From Paraspadella gotoi (lineage: Eukaryota; Animalia; Chaetognatha): DNA of 64,000 nucleotides. Position numbers and translations under genes: made by a program. Below, piece after piece: positions 38,301 to 52,088 of the stretch; positions within the stretch are counted from its first letter, which is position 1; every line of letters begins with the position of its first letter. The notes beneath the pieces are model-generated. The model saw only the letters and a list, made by a program, of their open reading frames with translations, was not told the DNA's origin and did no database searches. The stretch lies in assembly GCA_051294375.1 (NCBI GenBank), contig CM119265.1, forward strand, positions 11,471,818-11,535,817, written 5' to 3'.

Positions 38301-39259
38301 AATTATTATATTTTATTAAAATTAAAATTTTATTTTTATCTTATATTTTTTAATCATACCATGATAAAAAAACTTGCAGTTTAAAAAAATTAACTAATTT
38401 TATTATAAAATATATTTTTTAATACATATATACTTTTTAATATATAGTACTACCTTTCTTAGATTGAATAAAAAAAATTATTTTTAATATTATAATTATA
38501 TTATATAAATATTTTTATATATTATATAATAATATAAAAAATTTAAAAATTTATTTTTCTAGCATTTGGGACTCACAAGCAACACTGTGCAATGATTTTT
38601 GTTTTTAATGAGTTTTTTTTGGACTTTTTTTAAATTTTGCATTATATTGAGAAAACGCTTTTGAATTAAGCCCGCGCTCTACCTGATTTGAATAGTAAAA
38701 TCAATACAGTTTCTGTCAATTGTGTTCAAAATTGAAAAAAATGAAGGCTTGACTATGCAGTTTTTCACCTAAAAAAACCAGTTCATTTGATTGCTTTATC
38801 AAGCAATTAAGATTGCAAGAATTTTAATTTAGCTTTTTTTCATCATGTAGAGAAGACAATAAGGTTTCGGAAACTGTACTAATATGTATGATTTGGTCTT
38901 TTTTACTCAAGAGCCAGGAGGTTTTCTTGGAATAGGGAAAAAACGACCTGACCAGTCCATTTAAATACCATTTTTGGGCATGATAAAATGGGAATTTCGA
39001 TCGCCCTCTACCTCCATTGGCTTCCCAAGATGCCAAGCTTTCGAAATCTGCCCATATTGACATAATTTGTTTTGCCTTGACTATGCAGTTTTGAATAGAA
39101 GTGAAATATAAAGGAATCTTTGAATCGGAGCTTCGATTCGAACGATGCTCATCTCTACTTTAATATGTTCTTCTCAACTAATTTTTAAAATGAATGAAAT
39201 AACCACTGGTTTGCAAATGACAGCGTATTTCTACCGGCGCTTGTAAAATTGTCACCATG
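35392..39259. mobile_element. Tc1/mariner-type non-autonomous element with long TIRs and nested insertions
   Basis: TIR CATGGTGACAATTTTACAAGCGCCGGTAGAAATACGC at both ends, flanked by TA. A second copy starts at 61027. Confidence 0.8.
37682..39157 (+). mobile_element. hAT-like non-autonomous element
   Basis: TIRs TGGGGATGAGCATCGTT / AACGATGCTCATCTCTA with a 7-8 bp duplication (A)CTTTAAT. Related fragments at about 8861-9330 and 17557-17975. Confidence 0.7.
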
Positions 39260-39449
39260 TAATTATGGGCTATCGAAATTCGTCCCGATATACGCAAAGC
39301 AAAATCGACATATTGCGAATCGAATACAGTAGCTCATAAGCAGGTACACCTAAAAACAACCCTAAAAGCTTCGTCCGTATTCAGATCGTTTTAGCGGTCT
39401 AAACAACAACCACAACAACAACAACTTTACAACTCGTCGTCTTTCATCT

Positions 39450-42400
39450 TTAAATAGACCTCGTCGTCGTCGGTAGCAAGTGGGCGTCTAAAATGACGCC
39501 CTTTAGTTGGGGAGGCGTCATGGGTGTTGTGACGAGCGCCTCCAGGACGTTAGAAATCGGGGAAGAAGCAATTAAAAGTAAGGTGGAAGAGTCCTTCAAC
39601 GAAATCGCCGGCAAAAGATTCACGTGGGACACCGTCGACGACGCAACGACGACGGGCGACAGAGTTGGAGCTGGTACCTCAGTTGGACAAGCGCCACTTG
39701 GACTAACGAGCCTCGGGTCCGGGGGCGAAATGACGAACGGCGCCGTGGCGACGACGCCGTTGGTCTTGAAATGAGTTTGACTGTGATCCTCCAAGGCTTT
39801 TCGATCGATGGTACGGAATTGGCAGGGCTTACCCGACGACGCCGACCTCCACGAACAGCCGAAGACGACGTGGCAGGCGAGACCCTCGGTTCGGATGCGG
39901 GCGACAAGCGACTGGAGGCGCGCCTCCGACGACGCTCGAGTCGATCGACAATCGAAGTCGATGGCAGCGCTGAGGATGTCGTTGGTAAGAGAGAAGTCGT
40001 ACGAGTCGCTCGACGCGTGTCGCCACATGTGGGACTTGAGATGGAAAGAGAAAACATTAACTAATTCGAATTTTATTTCTCCCAGTTTTTTGCTAACTTG
40101 TTTTTAAAAGCGACTAAAATACAAATTGAAAAAAGCGCTTACTCCTGACGTTAAATTTGACAAAAAAAATTTCGCAATTTTTAAATATTTCGAAAAATAA
40201 TTACAGAAGGCTTTATGGCAACAGCCGGTTGCCTGTGATATCCATTGGGATGAGGCATCTCACTGTTGGCTTTGGGGGCTTCCGACCCTCAGTGACGCCT
40301 CAGTCACTGGCGCGGTTACAACGCAGAGGGAAGTCGTGAGGACTGTGGATGGAACACAACGCTTGGGATGGTGTGTTCCCCCTCTGAGCCAATGGGATTG
40401 TCTAAACAATGATGGACTTGACGAGGTGAATAATAGGGTGGAGTGATGAAAAGATTGAGCGATGGAACAATATTTTTTTGCTGCCTTTGTATACGTAATA
40501 AAAAATAATTAAACCTTTTTTCAAAAAAAATTTGCATAACAATATCATTAATTGAATTTTCTTTATAGTAATATCCTTATAAAATCATAAAATTTCAAAA
40601 TCATATTTTCTTAATTTTAAAAACAGTTTTGGATTCGCGGGAAAAAACTGAAAAACTTTTGTAAAATATGTTACATGATATTTTTAGGTTAAAGCTGCGA
40701 AAAATGATTTAAAAGTTTCATCATATAATAGTTTCTACTACAAAGTGTAAAAAAGTAGAGAATTTGACCTTTTTTTTCCATTTTTGACGCTGAAGACATT
40801 AAAATTTTTAATAACATATTTTATATTTTTGATCTAACTTTTTATGAAGAATCAGAATCTTTAACAAAAATTTTTAAAAAAATTATTTTGAAAATTTATG
40901 ATTTTATAAGAATATTACTATAAATATATTGTAATTAATGATACTGTTCCCAAAACAATATAAGCAAAATATTTTTTGTACTCCTTAATCATACTATCTA
41001 ACGTTTAAATATACTTGTTTGATCACTCTAATAAAATTTATGTTCCCCAGTGCTCCACTCTAGTGAATAATGAATATACCGCCACATATATAAAATGTAC
41101 CCCTTTTTTGTGACCAGAATCTGTTCCCACTACCCGATCGAATTTTATGAAATTTTACATACAGAGTCCTCATGACAATATAAATGGAACTATCGAGGCG
41201 AATTTTGATATTTAACCCCTGACAAGAGATAAAGGGCCCTGGGGGGCCAAAAAGGCTAAAAATTTTGTGTTTAATATTTTTTGGTAGCATCAGATGCATT
41301 GACGTCTTAAACATCATTGACGTCAAAAAAACATTATAAATTAATTATTCATTACTTACTTAAAATTATTGAAATTCATTTATACATTAAATGAAGCATT
41401 AACAGGGAATCCTTATGATATAAAATTATTATTCAAGACAGTCAACAATATGCCCAGGACAACATTTTTTCTAATTGGACGAATTACACAAAGAAAACTT
41501 AAGATTTACAAATAAAAAAAATCATTATTCAAAAATTTATTAACATTACTATAATTCAGATACGCCATTGATTATATCATTAATAGGTATTTCTTAGGAT
41601 GTAAAATTTTTTTTTAAATGCAATCACGAATACACCTAAAATGGTCTTTTTGTTAGATAAAAAATTAAACAGAATAGTAAATGAATTAAACACGAAATGT
41701 AACTTATATATAGAAAATGTCCAGTATTTCTCTCACTAATGATATACTTATGAATTACATATATTAAATATTTAAGGTATAGTAAAGATTTTTTTGGTGT
41801 CACTCGCGAACGGACAAGGGGTAGTACAAGACTGTTCATAAACAACTATTCAAATTTTGATCTGCAACTTTCACTACACCTTACTTCTCAGGGTACGCTA
41901 CGAAAAATGCCTATGCCCTGCCGACTTCAGGTACGCTACAACAAACGCCTATACCCCTGTGGTACACTACAACAAACATCTATGCCCCACAACTCGAGCT
42001 CGCTCTCTCTCTCCCACTATGGTAACAGTCTTGTCTGACACCTCTCAGGCTTGAGGAACCTGAGTGATGTCTTGGCCCGGGGATCCCGTGGCGGTATATT
42101 CAGTTATTCACACCACCTCACGTCCACAATCGTTCAGCCAATAACATTGGCTCAGAGGGGGAACGCACCATCCCAGGCGTTGCATTCCATCCACAGTCCT
42201 AACAACTTCCCTCTGCGTTGGCAAAGCGAGACTGTCCTAGGGTAACCGCGTGTCGGAAGCCCTCAAAGCCAACAGTGAGATGCCCCATCGGCCATCAATC
42301 CCAATGGGCATCACAGGCAACCCGGCTGTTGCCATAGTACGAGGCATTCTGTAAATAGATAAAAACGAAACTAAAATTAAGCAAAAAGCAAAGGTTTTTA

Positions 42401-45400
42401 AATTAGAATAATGATCTAGGTGTGGCGAATTTTAAATTCGCCTACCGTATAGCTTGGTAAAACTCAGCTCGTCCCATTGGCTTGGACTCGTTCACCAAAC
42501 GTGAGTTCTGTGTTAAATACCCTCACGGTCACGCTGGTTAAGTGTGATGGTGTCGCCATAAACACGCCAGTGACAAGGGGTGGTCACTAAGGTGGATTGA
42601 TGAGCGAATTAAGAATTGACTGTCGTATTTTCTTATACTTTGATAAGTGCTGATTAAGAAAATTCATTAAAAAAATTTAGAAAATTTAAGAAACGCATTT
42701 TTTATAATATAAATTATTGGTGTAAATACGATCTCTGATTTGAGAATCCGATGCTCCGATCGAAAAATTCAGACAAAATGAAATCTCCTTTCTCCGCGAG
42801 AACTGATCAACCAATCAGAGCGCGGCATTTCGCGTCACGAATGTTCTCTTAAATTCTCCGGCGGTCAAGCGAACAGCTGAGATCTTCCACGGAAGGTTTT
42901 TTTAATTTTTAGTTTTGACGAGATTTGGTAGTTGTTATTAATAATATTAGACGAAAATAAAGATAAAGAATTGATAAATAACACATTTAAACATTTTAAT
43001 AAATTGTAATTACTTTCTCTTTGCATTCATAAAAGACTAAAGTGTGTAGAGTTAAAGATTTTACTTCGTTTTTCAGTCTTTTAAATAATTTAGCAATTCT
43101 AAATGAATGATCATTGTACATACTTATATTTAACTTAGAAAGATCCCAAGATTCATTTTTACATCTATCTCAAATATTTAATGTATTGTTTAAAAAATAT
43201 TAAAAGGGGAAATAAATCTATTCCTCTCAACAGTTAATTTTTAGCCAATGGAAGATTGGTTTAACGGTTAAAACCAAAGGACGTTGGGCCAAAAATGTTT
43301 CTTTGTGCTTTTTGCTTTAACACCAATATTATTTTCAGATTTTTCAATTCTAAAGTCATATAATCTTTACAATAAAAATCCATAATTTTCTTTAATCAAA
43401 CACATTTTTCCCCCAAATCGCCTACTTTCTCTTTACTTCTCTTCTCTCAACCTAATTTCATCCAAACAGCGACAATGCTCTTAGGTCGTAGGTGTGGTTC
43501 TTCTCGGTGAAGGAAGGAAGGCCTGGGGGAGGGTTTTGTTTTGATTCATTTGATTTATTATGCTCATAATGAGGAAGGGGCTCGGAGAGAGACAGAGAGG
43601 GCCCAGGGCTTGGCGACGGATAGGTGTAGGGTTGGAAACGGTTGACGAGGTCGCCAACCAATGAGAAAGCTTTATTCATTGCTTTTTTATCACAAGTTGC
43701 CCTGAGGAAAGGTGGTCGATTCTCACTATTTTTGTAACTTTAAGGAAACTCTCCCACCTTTGTGATAATACTGTCAGATCAATCAACTTTTTGGTGCTAA
43801 ATGTCAATGCTGCACAAAATACCTATGTAACCTCTTTTCTTATATACTCTTTTACAAGGCTGTGTATAGGACGAAAATATGAGAAAATAAAGGTAGGAAA
43901 AAAGGTGAGGGATTGGGATGATGTAATAGAAGTGGAAAAGAAGTGAGACGAGCTTCCTCCTGATCCACTTTTATCAACGCCCGGTCTCATCGGCCCTCTT
44001 AATCTGTCTGGTCAATCGAAGGTCATTGCCAAAGCTAGGGAAAAGTGACCGTGGTGATTGACCGGCACAGAGAAAGAGGTGAGAGGAAGGGTTTAGAGAG
44101 AGAAAGATCGATCGTAAGTCACTTCAGCTGGTACTATTATTAACATAATTTATGAATGTTATTACTTTCTTAAATTATTATAAATTACTAGCTGAACTTT
44201 ATAACAATAAAAATCTGCCATTTTTTTAAAAGAAAAAACCGAATGAGTTTGTGAAAAGCTTTGAGCACATTGTAGTTCAGGTCAATGCAGACAGACCTGC
44301 AAAGCAACTTTGCAATTTTGTCTGCTGCTATTGATATTTTGACGCTGTTAATTTTTTTTGGTTTTAATTTAAGAAGTAGCAATTTAGATTTTAAGTCAGT
44401 CTAATTTTAAGCTTTGAACGAAAACTGATTACCAAAAAGTCTTGACTGCATAAAGCGTAATTTAAGCAAACTTTATCATTAAGAATTTCACTGAATTCTA
44501 AAGTTTTTTTCAAAATTTAAAAAAAAATTTTGATTGTGAAAGAAATAAAGGATATATCGTTAGTCAGGAGATAGTATAACGAGTATAACGTGGATAAAAG
44601 GTAGTATAACCACAGAGAAAGAGTGAGAAATATAAAATGAAAAAGAGAAAATTTAACCATGATGTGAAAAGGCCATCATTGATTACTGGTGAAGCTTCAA
44701 TTGCGGTAGAATCATGATTCAAAGGAATTAAAAACCTTGAATGATTTTCTGGTCTTAATTTTCTGTCACCAAGCTGAATTTTGTCCCACAACAAGTTTCT
44801 GGTTCTTTCTTGAACGCCAAAATTTAATTTTTACCAAAAAAAATATAATTTAAAATATTGTAATGTTATTAAAGAAATATGTGTAAGGTATAAGAAAAAT
44901 CGACAGTCAAAGGCTTCTGTCAAAAAATAAAGGTTTCAAGTCCACCTCAGTGGTCACTAAGGCGTAGTAAAATTTTTAAGTTTAACTTTAATTAAAAATC
45001 TAAAAGTGGGGAACGAACAACATTATACTTATGAACATTTATGTAATAAAACAAGTTTGAGCAAACAATGTCGGATCTGCCTACGATAATTAATTAATTG
45101 ATTAATTAATTAATTTAAATATGTAATAATTAATTTTAAATTTATATTCAACTTATCATCATCGATGTCCTTAAAATTGGGTTAGGACAGTTATTAAATA
45201 TGTTTTGTTTACATTTTATCAAAAACAAATATCCTCTATTTTATTTTATGTTCTCTTCTCTCTCTCTCTCTCTCTCTCTTTTTAGGCAATTGTGACGATC
45301 TTTATGCTTTTAAGATTTTTTTAACTTGCATCATTTTTTCACATTAATTAATTAATTAAAACATTTATTAGTAATCATTAATATTAAAGATTCAAGTAAA

Positions 45401-48400
45401 TGTGACTTATGTTTTTCCATCTAAACTCATTTCCACTGGCACAATTCCGTCAAAACTTTATATAATTATTATATATTAATAAATATTTAAAAGCTTCAGT
45501 GCAACAACCCAATGAACTAATTCAAAAAGTTACATTGAAAATCGATTTAGTAGTAAAAGGGAAAAAAAAACTTTTAAAGAGAACTAGAAGTTATAAAAAG
45601 TGTTCAATTTTGGCCGCCTTACTAGATATTAGGCCGGAACAGGTTGAAAACTAGAAGTTCTCTCTAAAAATAAAATAATGGTTAAGCGACTATTAAATAA
45701 TATGAAAATGAAAATAATTTTTAAAGTTTTGCTTATCAACTTTTTTTATAGATTTTGATAGAGCTTTAAAAGTTAGATAAAGGTTATTAATACAACTTTT
45801 TAAATTTTTTTTTGTTTTATTAATGAAAAAATTTAAAAAAATAAAATTCAGCCAATAATGATGATGATGATGATTTTTTAAGGTTTTTTCTATTTTTAAC
45901 CAATTTATTGTCAAAATTTGAAAAAATTATAGTACTAACTTTCATTTAACTTTTTAAGCTTTACAAGAACCCGTTCTTAAAAAAATCACACAATTCCGTC
46001 AAAACTTTATATCTAGCTTCTTCACACACTTTACTACCGCGCTCACAAAATTTCATCTCAATCTATTATGGGTTAAAATAAGTAAAAAGATTCAAGTAAA
46101 TGTGACTCATATTTTTTTCATTTAAACTCATTTCCACTCGTACGTTTCCACCGAAACTTTTTATCAAGCATCGTTACACATTTTTCTACCCACACAAAAA
46201 ATTTGAACTCAATCTATCCATCCAATTATGATTAATTAGAGTACTTATTGTTAAAATAATTAAAAATATTTTAGTAAATGCGACTTTATGTTTTTTTCCA
46301 CTTAAACTCATTTCCACTCACACGATTCCGTCGAAACTTTATATCCAGCTTTATCACACACTTTCCTATCCACACACAAAATTTCATTCCAATCCAACCA
46401 GCCAATCACGAGTTATTGGAGCTTTTTGCTAAGGTGGACGGATGGACGGATTGATTGACTGATTAATTATTGATTAATTAATTAATAATGATAAATTAAC
46501 TGATTAATTATTTGATTTTAATACATCCTGCATATACATTTAATATAAAAGGAAAAAGAATCATAATCAATTAGTGAAACAGGTTTTTTGTTTTTTTTCA
46601 TTTAAACTCATTTCCACTCAAAAGATTCCATCGAAACTTGGTTTCCTGTTCAATCACCACATTTTCTACTCACACACAAAATTCAATTTCGATTTATCTA
46701 TCCAATTTTTAATAAACATAATAATATGAGTAAATTTAAGTAAAAATACTTCAAGTAAATATGACTTTTGTTTTTTCCATTTAAACCAATTTCCACTCGC
46801 ACGATTCCCTCGAAACTTCATATCCTCTCAATCACACAGTTTCCTACCCACACACAAAAATTTCATACCAATCCATCCATCCAATCACAGAGTTTTTTGC
46901 TAAGGTGGGACGGACGGACAGACGGGACGGACATCGTTTTTTTGCATAATTAATCATAATTCGATGTTCAGACATGAATAAAGTTGTGCCCGACAATATT
47001 AAGGGGGCGGACCGAGCGGGACCCGACAAAGTGAATTATAGAGTCGGGATCTGCTGATAAATTTCACAATTTATGCAGTAGGCCATATTTATTTACTAAA
47101 CCAATAGTTACAATTTCAAAAAAGTTTTTTCTAAGATTTTTTTGCAGATTTGGATTCGTTATAAAAAGTTGATAATGAAGGAATTTTTCAAAAATAGTTA
47201 TGTATTTTTAAGTGGGTCAAAAATTAGAAAAAGCTATATTTTAAGCTGAAAATTAACTTTTTATATATTAAATATAGTTTTTTTAATTTTTAATCCACTT
47301 AATGAAAGAATTTTTAAAAATGATTTATATTTTCTTTTATCAACTTTTGACGAGGAATTCAAATCTGCAATCAAAATTAAGAAAAGCCTATTTTGAAATT
47401 TTTCGATTTCATAAGGATATATATGGCAGTGATTTTGATTTGAGTATTTTCAACAATGAAATTGAAACTTAAATAACTATTATTTCTTTTTTTCCCACTG
47501 ATAAATATGAAACACTCTTTATTTAAAAAAACGGTTGGCTATAGTTATCTTCTCCTTATGACATAGAACTCACTGGGTGAATTTCTATGCTTTCAAAATA
47601 CGGTAAGACATGATTTCTTTTACGACAATCATTCTAATTACGGTATCTGCCATAATTAAGATGAAACTAAAACGATTTTTCATGGTAAGGGGAACTTTTA
47701 AAGATTAAATTTCTCGTCAGATCTATCGCGTTTTTTAGATATACTACTGCTTAGGCAAAACAACGGCACGGTATATTTAAAACTTTTTTCTTTTTTTATC
47801 CACTACTTTTTTTTCTCTCTTGAACCTTCTCTTTGTCTCTTTCTTTTTCTCTCTGTATTTCTCTCCTCTTCTCCTACTTTTCTGTCTCATATTTCTCTGG
47901 GTCATCCCTTCTTTTCTTCCTTAACCTTTATTTCCCTTCCTCTCAATCTCTGTTTTTCCTCTCTCTGATTCTCTTTCCTCCCTGTTTCTTTATCTTTCTT
48001 TTCTCTCAATTGTTCTCGTTTCCCCCTCTCTCCCCATATATTAATTTCTTTCCACTCTTTCTTCCTCTCCCTTCAATTTTTTCACCCATTCTCTCTCTTC
48101 TCTCATCTTTTCTCATTCTCACTCATTTTTTGCATTCATTCATACTGGATGTATAAAAATCTTTAAAAAATGTAATGTAGAAAAAAATCTAGGTAATGTA
48201 TGATTTTAGCGGAAGTTTGGTTGCCAACAGATTTAAAAATCGACAGATTTTTGCGGAAATTTTTTCCCGCAAAAACCTGTCGATTGAGAGAAATTAATTT
48301 GCTGACGCTTCCCCTTTCAATAAAAGAAGGCGGTTTTTTTTAATTTGTCAACTTTAGTATGTTCTCAGCTATTAAAACTATAAAATAAGTCAAAAACCGA

Positions 48401-51400
48401 GTTTAAGTTCAAAATAAAATGCACCTCACAAATCCTCACTAATTAAAAGTAGGCTTAAAAATGTTTTCCAGCTAAAGTATTAAATATTTTGCCCTAATTT
48501 TTTAGGTACCAGAAGCACCAACAATAGGGAATATTTTGATTAGAATGTGGACATTTGAAGTATTTTTTTTAACAATTGTAAATAAAATGTAAAAATGTAA
48601 GTTTTTGACTAGTCAATTTAAAAATTAATTCATAGGCAAACAATAGATGATTAACATCAAATGAACCAACTCAGAGGTAAAGAAGATAAGAAAGGACCCG
48701 AAAGCCAGAGTAAAACATTTTCTTCAATGATCTTGGTATTCAAATCTCAAGACAAAAGTCAAAATGGACAAAAATGGACATGATTTTTTTATTAAAAGTA
48801 GCAAAAATGATATTGATCTTAATTAGAAAAAGCAGCAGAGGATTTCAATTAATCCGTAGTCTAGCCAACTTTGTCTTAGAGTTAAAATTTAATCACTTTT
48901 GTGTAATATTCTAACATTATTGAAAAAAGTGGTTTTTTGCTAAATTCCTAGATAGAAATCACTGCCATATATATAATATATATAATAGGGGTAGTCGCAC
49001 TTAATGGGTGGTGTCAAAAAATTAGAGCGAGTATATGCTCAAACGAATATTTAGACATTTTTAAGAATACTTTCAATGGACAAAAAAGTTTCTAAAATGG
49101 CTCTATACCCTAGTAATTAATTTTTTAATATTTATTTACAGATAAGAAAGCCAAATTTTTTAAAAAAATTTTAAATTTTAAAGACCACATTCAGATAGCT
49201 CATAAAAAGTTGTCTACACAAAGTATAATTCTTTTTTAAATATTTTTACGATAAGTGTGTCAAAAATAAAAAAAACTGTAAAAAATCATCATCATCATCA
49301 TCTTTCGATGATTTTATCAGTTTTTTTTATTTCACTTAGAAAACGTAAGAATTTTTAAAAGCTGTAATTATATGTCTTGTTTAACTTTTTATGCTTTATC
49401 AGAATCTATCAAAAAATTTAAGATTTAAAAAAAAAAAATTTTGCTCTATATAGTAATATAATATTTTTAATTAGGCTAGTACTCTCAGAAGAAAGCATTT
49501 TTGACAAAAAATATTTTAATACCCGTTAATCTAATGGTCATGATAGATTATTTTAACGATGTATACATTAGCATTTAAATTTAATCGGCTATGGCTACTA
49601 TATATAAATATAACAAAAATTAAAAAACATAAAATTAATTTTTTTTACAAATTAATGTTCACTGATGGTATGTTGTTCATAATTAACTTTTAAAATTTCC
49701 GTATGTAACTTTCACTACGCTCTATTATATAATGAGTAATGATCATTCGTTTAATTTTCTAAAAGTCAATTATGAACATGAACATGAATTTTCGTATGTA
49801 ACTTTCACTACGCCTTAGTGGTCACTGGTCACTGCAGGTCCTAAGCACCAGCTGCCTCACCCCGGGAATTACACATTAGAGTGGAACACTGGGGAACATA
49901 CATTTTATTTAAGTGAACAAACAATGATATTTAAACTTTAGATAGTATGATTAAGGAGTACAAAAAAAATTTTTCTTATATTGTTTGGGAAATAGTATCA
50001 TTAATTACAATACATTTAAAGTAATATCCTTATAAAATCATAAATTTTTATAATTATTTTTTTTAATTTTTATTAAAGATTCTGATTTTTCATAAAAAGT
50101 TAGATCAATAATATAAAATATGATATTAAAAATTTCAATGTCTTCAGCATCAAAAATGGGAAAAAGGTAAAAAATTCTCTACTTTTTTAATCTTTGTAGT
50201 AGAGACTATTATATGATGAAACGTTTTGGGCATTTTTCGCAGCTTTAACCTAAAAATATCTTGTAACATATTACAAAAGTTTTTCAGTTTTTTCTAGCGA
50301 ATACGAAACTGTTCTTAAAATTAAAAAAAATATGATTTTGAAATTTTATGATTTTTTTAGGATATTACTATAACAAGTTTGAGCAAACAATGTCGGATCT
50401 ACCCACGATCATTATCGGTAATTAATTAATTCATAATTAATTAATAATTAATTGATTCAAGTTAATTATTTAATTAATTAAGCAATGAATTAATTAATTT
50501 GACCCGAAATGTTTGTTTTGATTGATTAATTGACTGATTAATTAATTATTGAATAATTAAATGACTAATTGATTAATTAATACATCTTGCATTTACATTT
50601 AAAATAAAAAGAAAAAGAAGCATAATCAATTAGTGAAACAGGTTCTTTTTTTCCATTTAAATATACAAATTTTTTTTGAAAAAGGCTTAATTATTTTTTA
50701 TTACATATACAATGGCAGCAAAAAAACATTGTTCCATCGCTCAATCTTTTCATCACTCCACCCTATTACACATGTCTCCCCGTTGCCATATAGGTTCTTT
50801 TTTCATCCCCTTTCGCAAAAAAAAAAACAAACTAACAAATAAAAATAAACAATCGACATCGGACTCGGCCATCCGACTGTCATACTTTCAAACTAGGCAG
50901 ATGAATGTAGCTGTGCGCGCACAAGTTGCAAGCGTAGAACTCGTTATTTTGCCGTTGAAAAATTAGGTCGTTGACGTGACGTTTCATGTGCGACTTGAGT
51001 GATCGGATAGAGTTCGAGGTGAAACCGCAAATGTCGCAGCGAAAACGATCCTCCGCACAAACCTTCAAACAAACATGGATTAGTTTTTTAAGAAGCGGCG
51101 AGAAGCAGTGCAAAAATATACAATTACATATTCTATCTATTAATTTATCGAATCTAATAATTTAATAATCTAGTAATTTATCTAACCCTTACCCACCGAG
51201 ACGACGGGACTCACCTTATTTTCTCCGTCGTCTTCCGTTCTCTTGTGCGCCCGCGCGGCGTGCTCGAGCGCCACGTCTTTTCGGCGACTGACAAACTCAC
51301 AGAAGCTACAAGCGTGCGTCGTCGTAAATCGGCATTTGACGTTATCGTCCATCGCCTTGTGGCTTTCGAGTTGACGCTCGTCTTCGAAGCAGCGGGAACA

Positions 51401-52088
51401 GGCGAGGCAAGGCAGCAGGGACCGCGAAAGAAAATTTTCGAGTATCTCGTTGACTCCATTTAACTTGGTCTCACATCGATGATCTTCGAAGGACTCTAGG
51501 TCGGAGGAGATGAAGGCGCACGAATCGCAACGAAGAAAGGAAGAACCGTCGACGACGACGAGGCGCGGATTCGCTACTGAGCGAGAAGTCATCGGAAGCA
51601 AAGACGTCGACGCCGGCGAAGAAGCCGTGACCACGGTGCCACGGCGTCGCTTTTTGGCGGCGCCGACCTTCCCTTCGATATCGGAGCCGCCTGAGTCGCG
51701 TTGTGCTCCCTGGGACAAGAAACGGTCACCCTCAGACTTTGTCCTTTTTCGTAACTCGGTTATGACTTCGAGCAGCGAGGAAGAGATGCCCTTTTCCGGT
51801 GCGGAGGGGTCATCGGGAGGCGGAACGGTAGCGTGGATCGAGGGATCAGTGGCGTGATTATGATCTACATCGGGTTCCCTTTTCGAGGTGACCACAATCT
51901 CGGTGCAGCCAATGACGTCGAGAAACGAGAGATCTTAGATTTGGGATGAAAAGGGGAGGGAAAGTTTTAACGAGAGGCAGCTTTTGCTTCATTACCCAAA
52001 TTGACGGTTACGATGACGAAACCGCGAGAGTTACAGAAATAGTGATAAGAGATCACTAACCGTTGTTAATTTCGCCAACTTGCTGCAT
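39450..52088 (-). CDS. C2H2 zinc-finger protein (4 exons)
   Basis: Exons 52088-52061 (tentative), 51933-51215, 51062-50886 and 40034-39450 are in phase. Fingers include CSFCEF...HAARAH and CDICGF...HMKRH; CNLCAH..LK|SHMWRH is completed across the 10.8-kb intron. Confidence 0.85.
40214..41086 (-). mobile_element. Solo LTR of family B, ribozyme core deleted, interrupted by a hAT element
   Basis: Reverse complement of the 53984-54240 LTR: 40214-40430 plus the 5' end at 41071-41086. The GCGAGACCG...GGG segment is missing. Confidence 0.85.
40434..41062 (-). mobile_element. hAT-type MITE
   Basis: TIRs TAGGGTGGAG / CTCCACTCTA with 8-bp TSD GTGAATAA. Inverted sister copy at 49877-50765. Confidence 0.85.
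41878..42337 (+). mobile_element. 5'-truncated family B element (internal region plus 3' LTR; twister P3 deleted)
   Basis: Colinear with 54270-54721; reads TAACCGCG-TGTCGGAAGCCC across the deletion. Confidence 0.85.
42421..42584 (+). mobile_element. Family D LTR, left part (hairpin, tRNA-like module, 5' part of a twister); continues at 49823-49875
   Basis: TGT GGCGAATT-TTA-AATTCGCC start, then GCTGGT TAA GTGT GA TGG TGTCGCCA TAA ACAC GCC AGTGAC...GT. Confidence 0.7.
42585..44952. mobile_element. CACTA/EnSpm-like non-autonomous element 1
   Basis: Termini CACTAAGGTGGA / TCCACCTCAGTG, inverted subterminal TTGACTGTCG..TTTTCTTATAC, GT on both flanks. Confidence 0.7.
43915..44125. repeat. Interspersed repeat of about 230 bp, possibly a solo LTR; second copy at about 55020-55250
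   Basis: Shared AAAGAAGTGAGACGAGC...GGTCATTGCCAAAGCTAGGG...GGAAGGGTTTAGAGAGAGA. Confidence 0.6.
44955..49820. mobile_element. CACTA/EnSpm-like non-autonomous element 2 with a nested HINE
   Basis: Termini CACTAAGGCGTAGT / ACTACGCCTTAGTG, GT on both flanks, subterminal repeat CGTATGTAACTTTCACTACGC. Confidence 0.7.
45050..47059 (-). mobile_element. HINE family 1, long copy
   Basis: Colinear with 61566-63694; internal tandem TAAACTCATTTCCACT units. Confidence 0.7.
49823..49875 (+). mobile_element. Family D LTR, right part (3' part of the twister)
   Basis: GTCACT G CAG GTCCTAAGC ACCAGC. ACCAGC pairs with GCTGGT at 42533-42538; the segment ends in ...ACACA. Confidence 0.6.

Noticed and set aside
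47833-48156. 107-aa hydrophobic ORF
   Set aside because: Translation of a CT-rich low-complexity tract.
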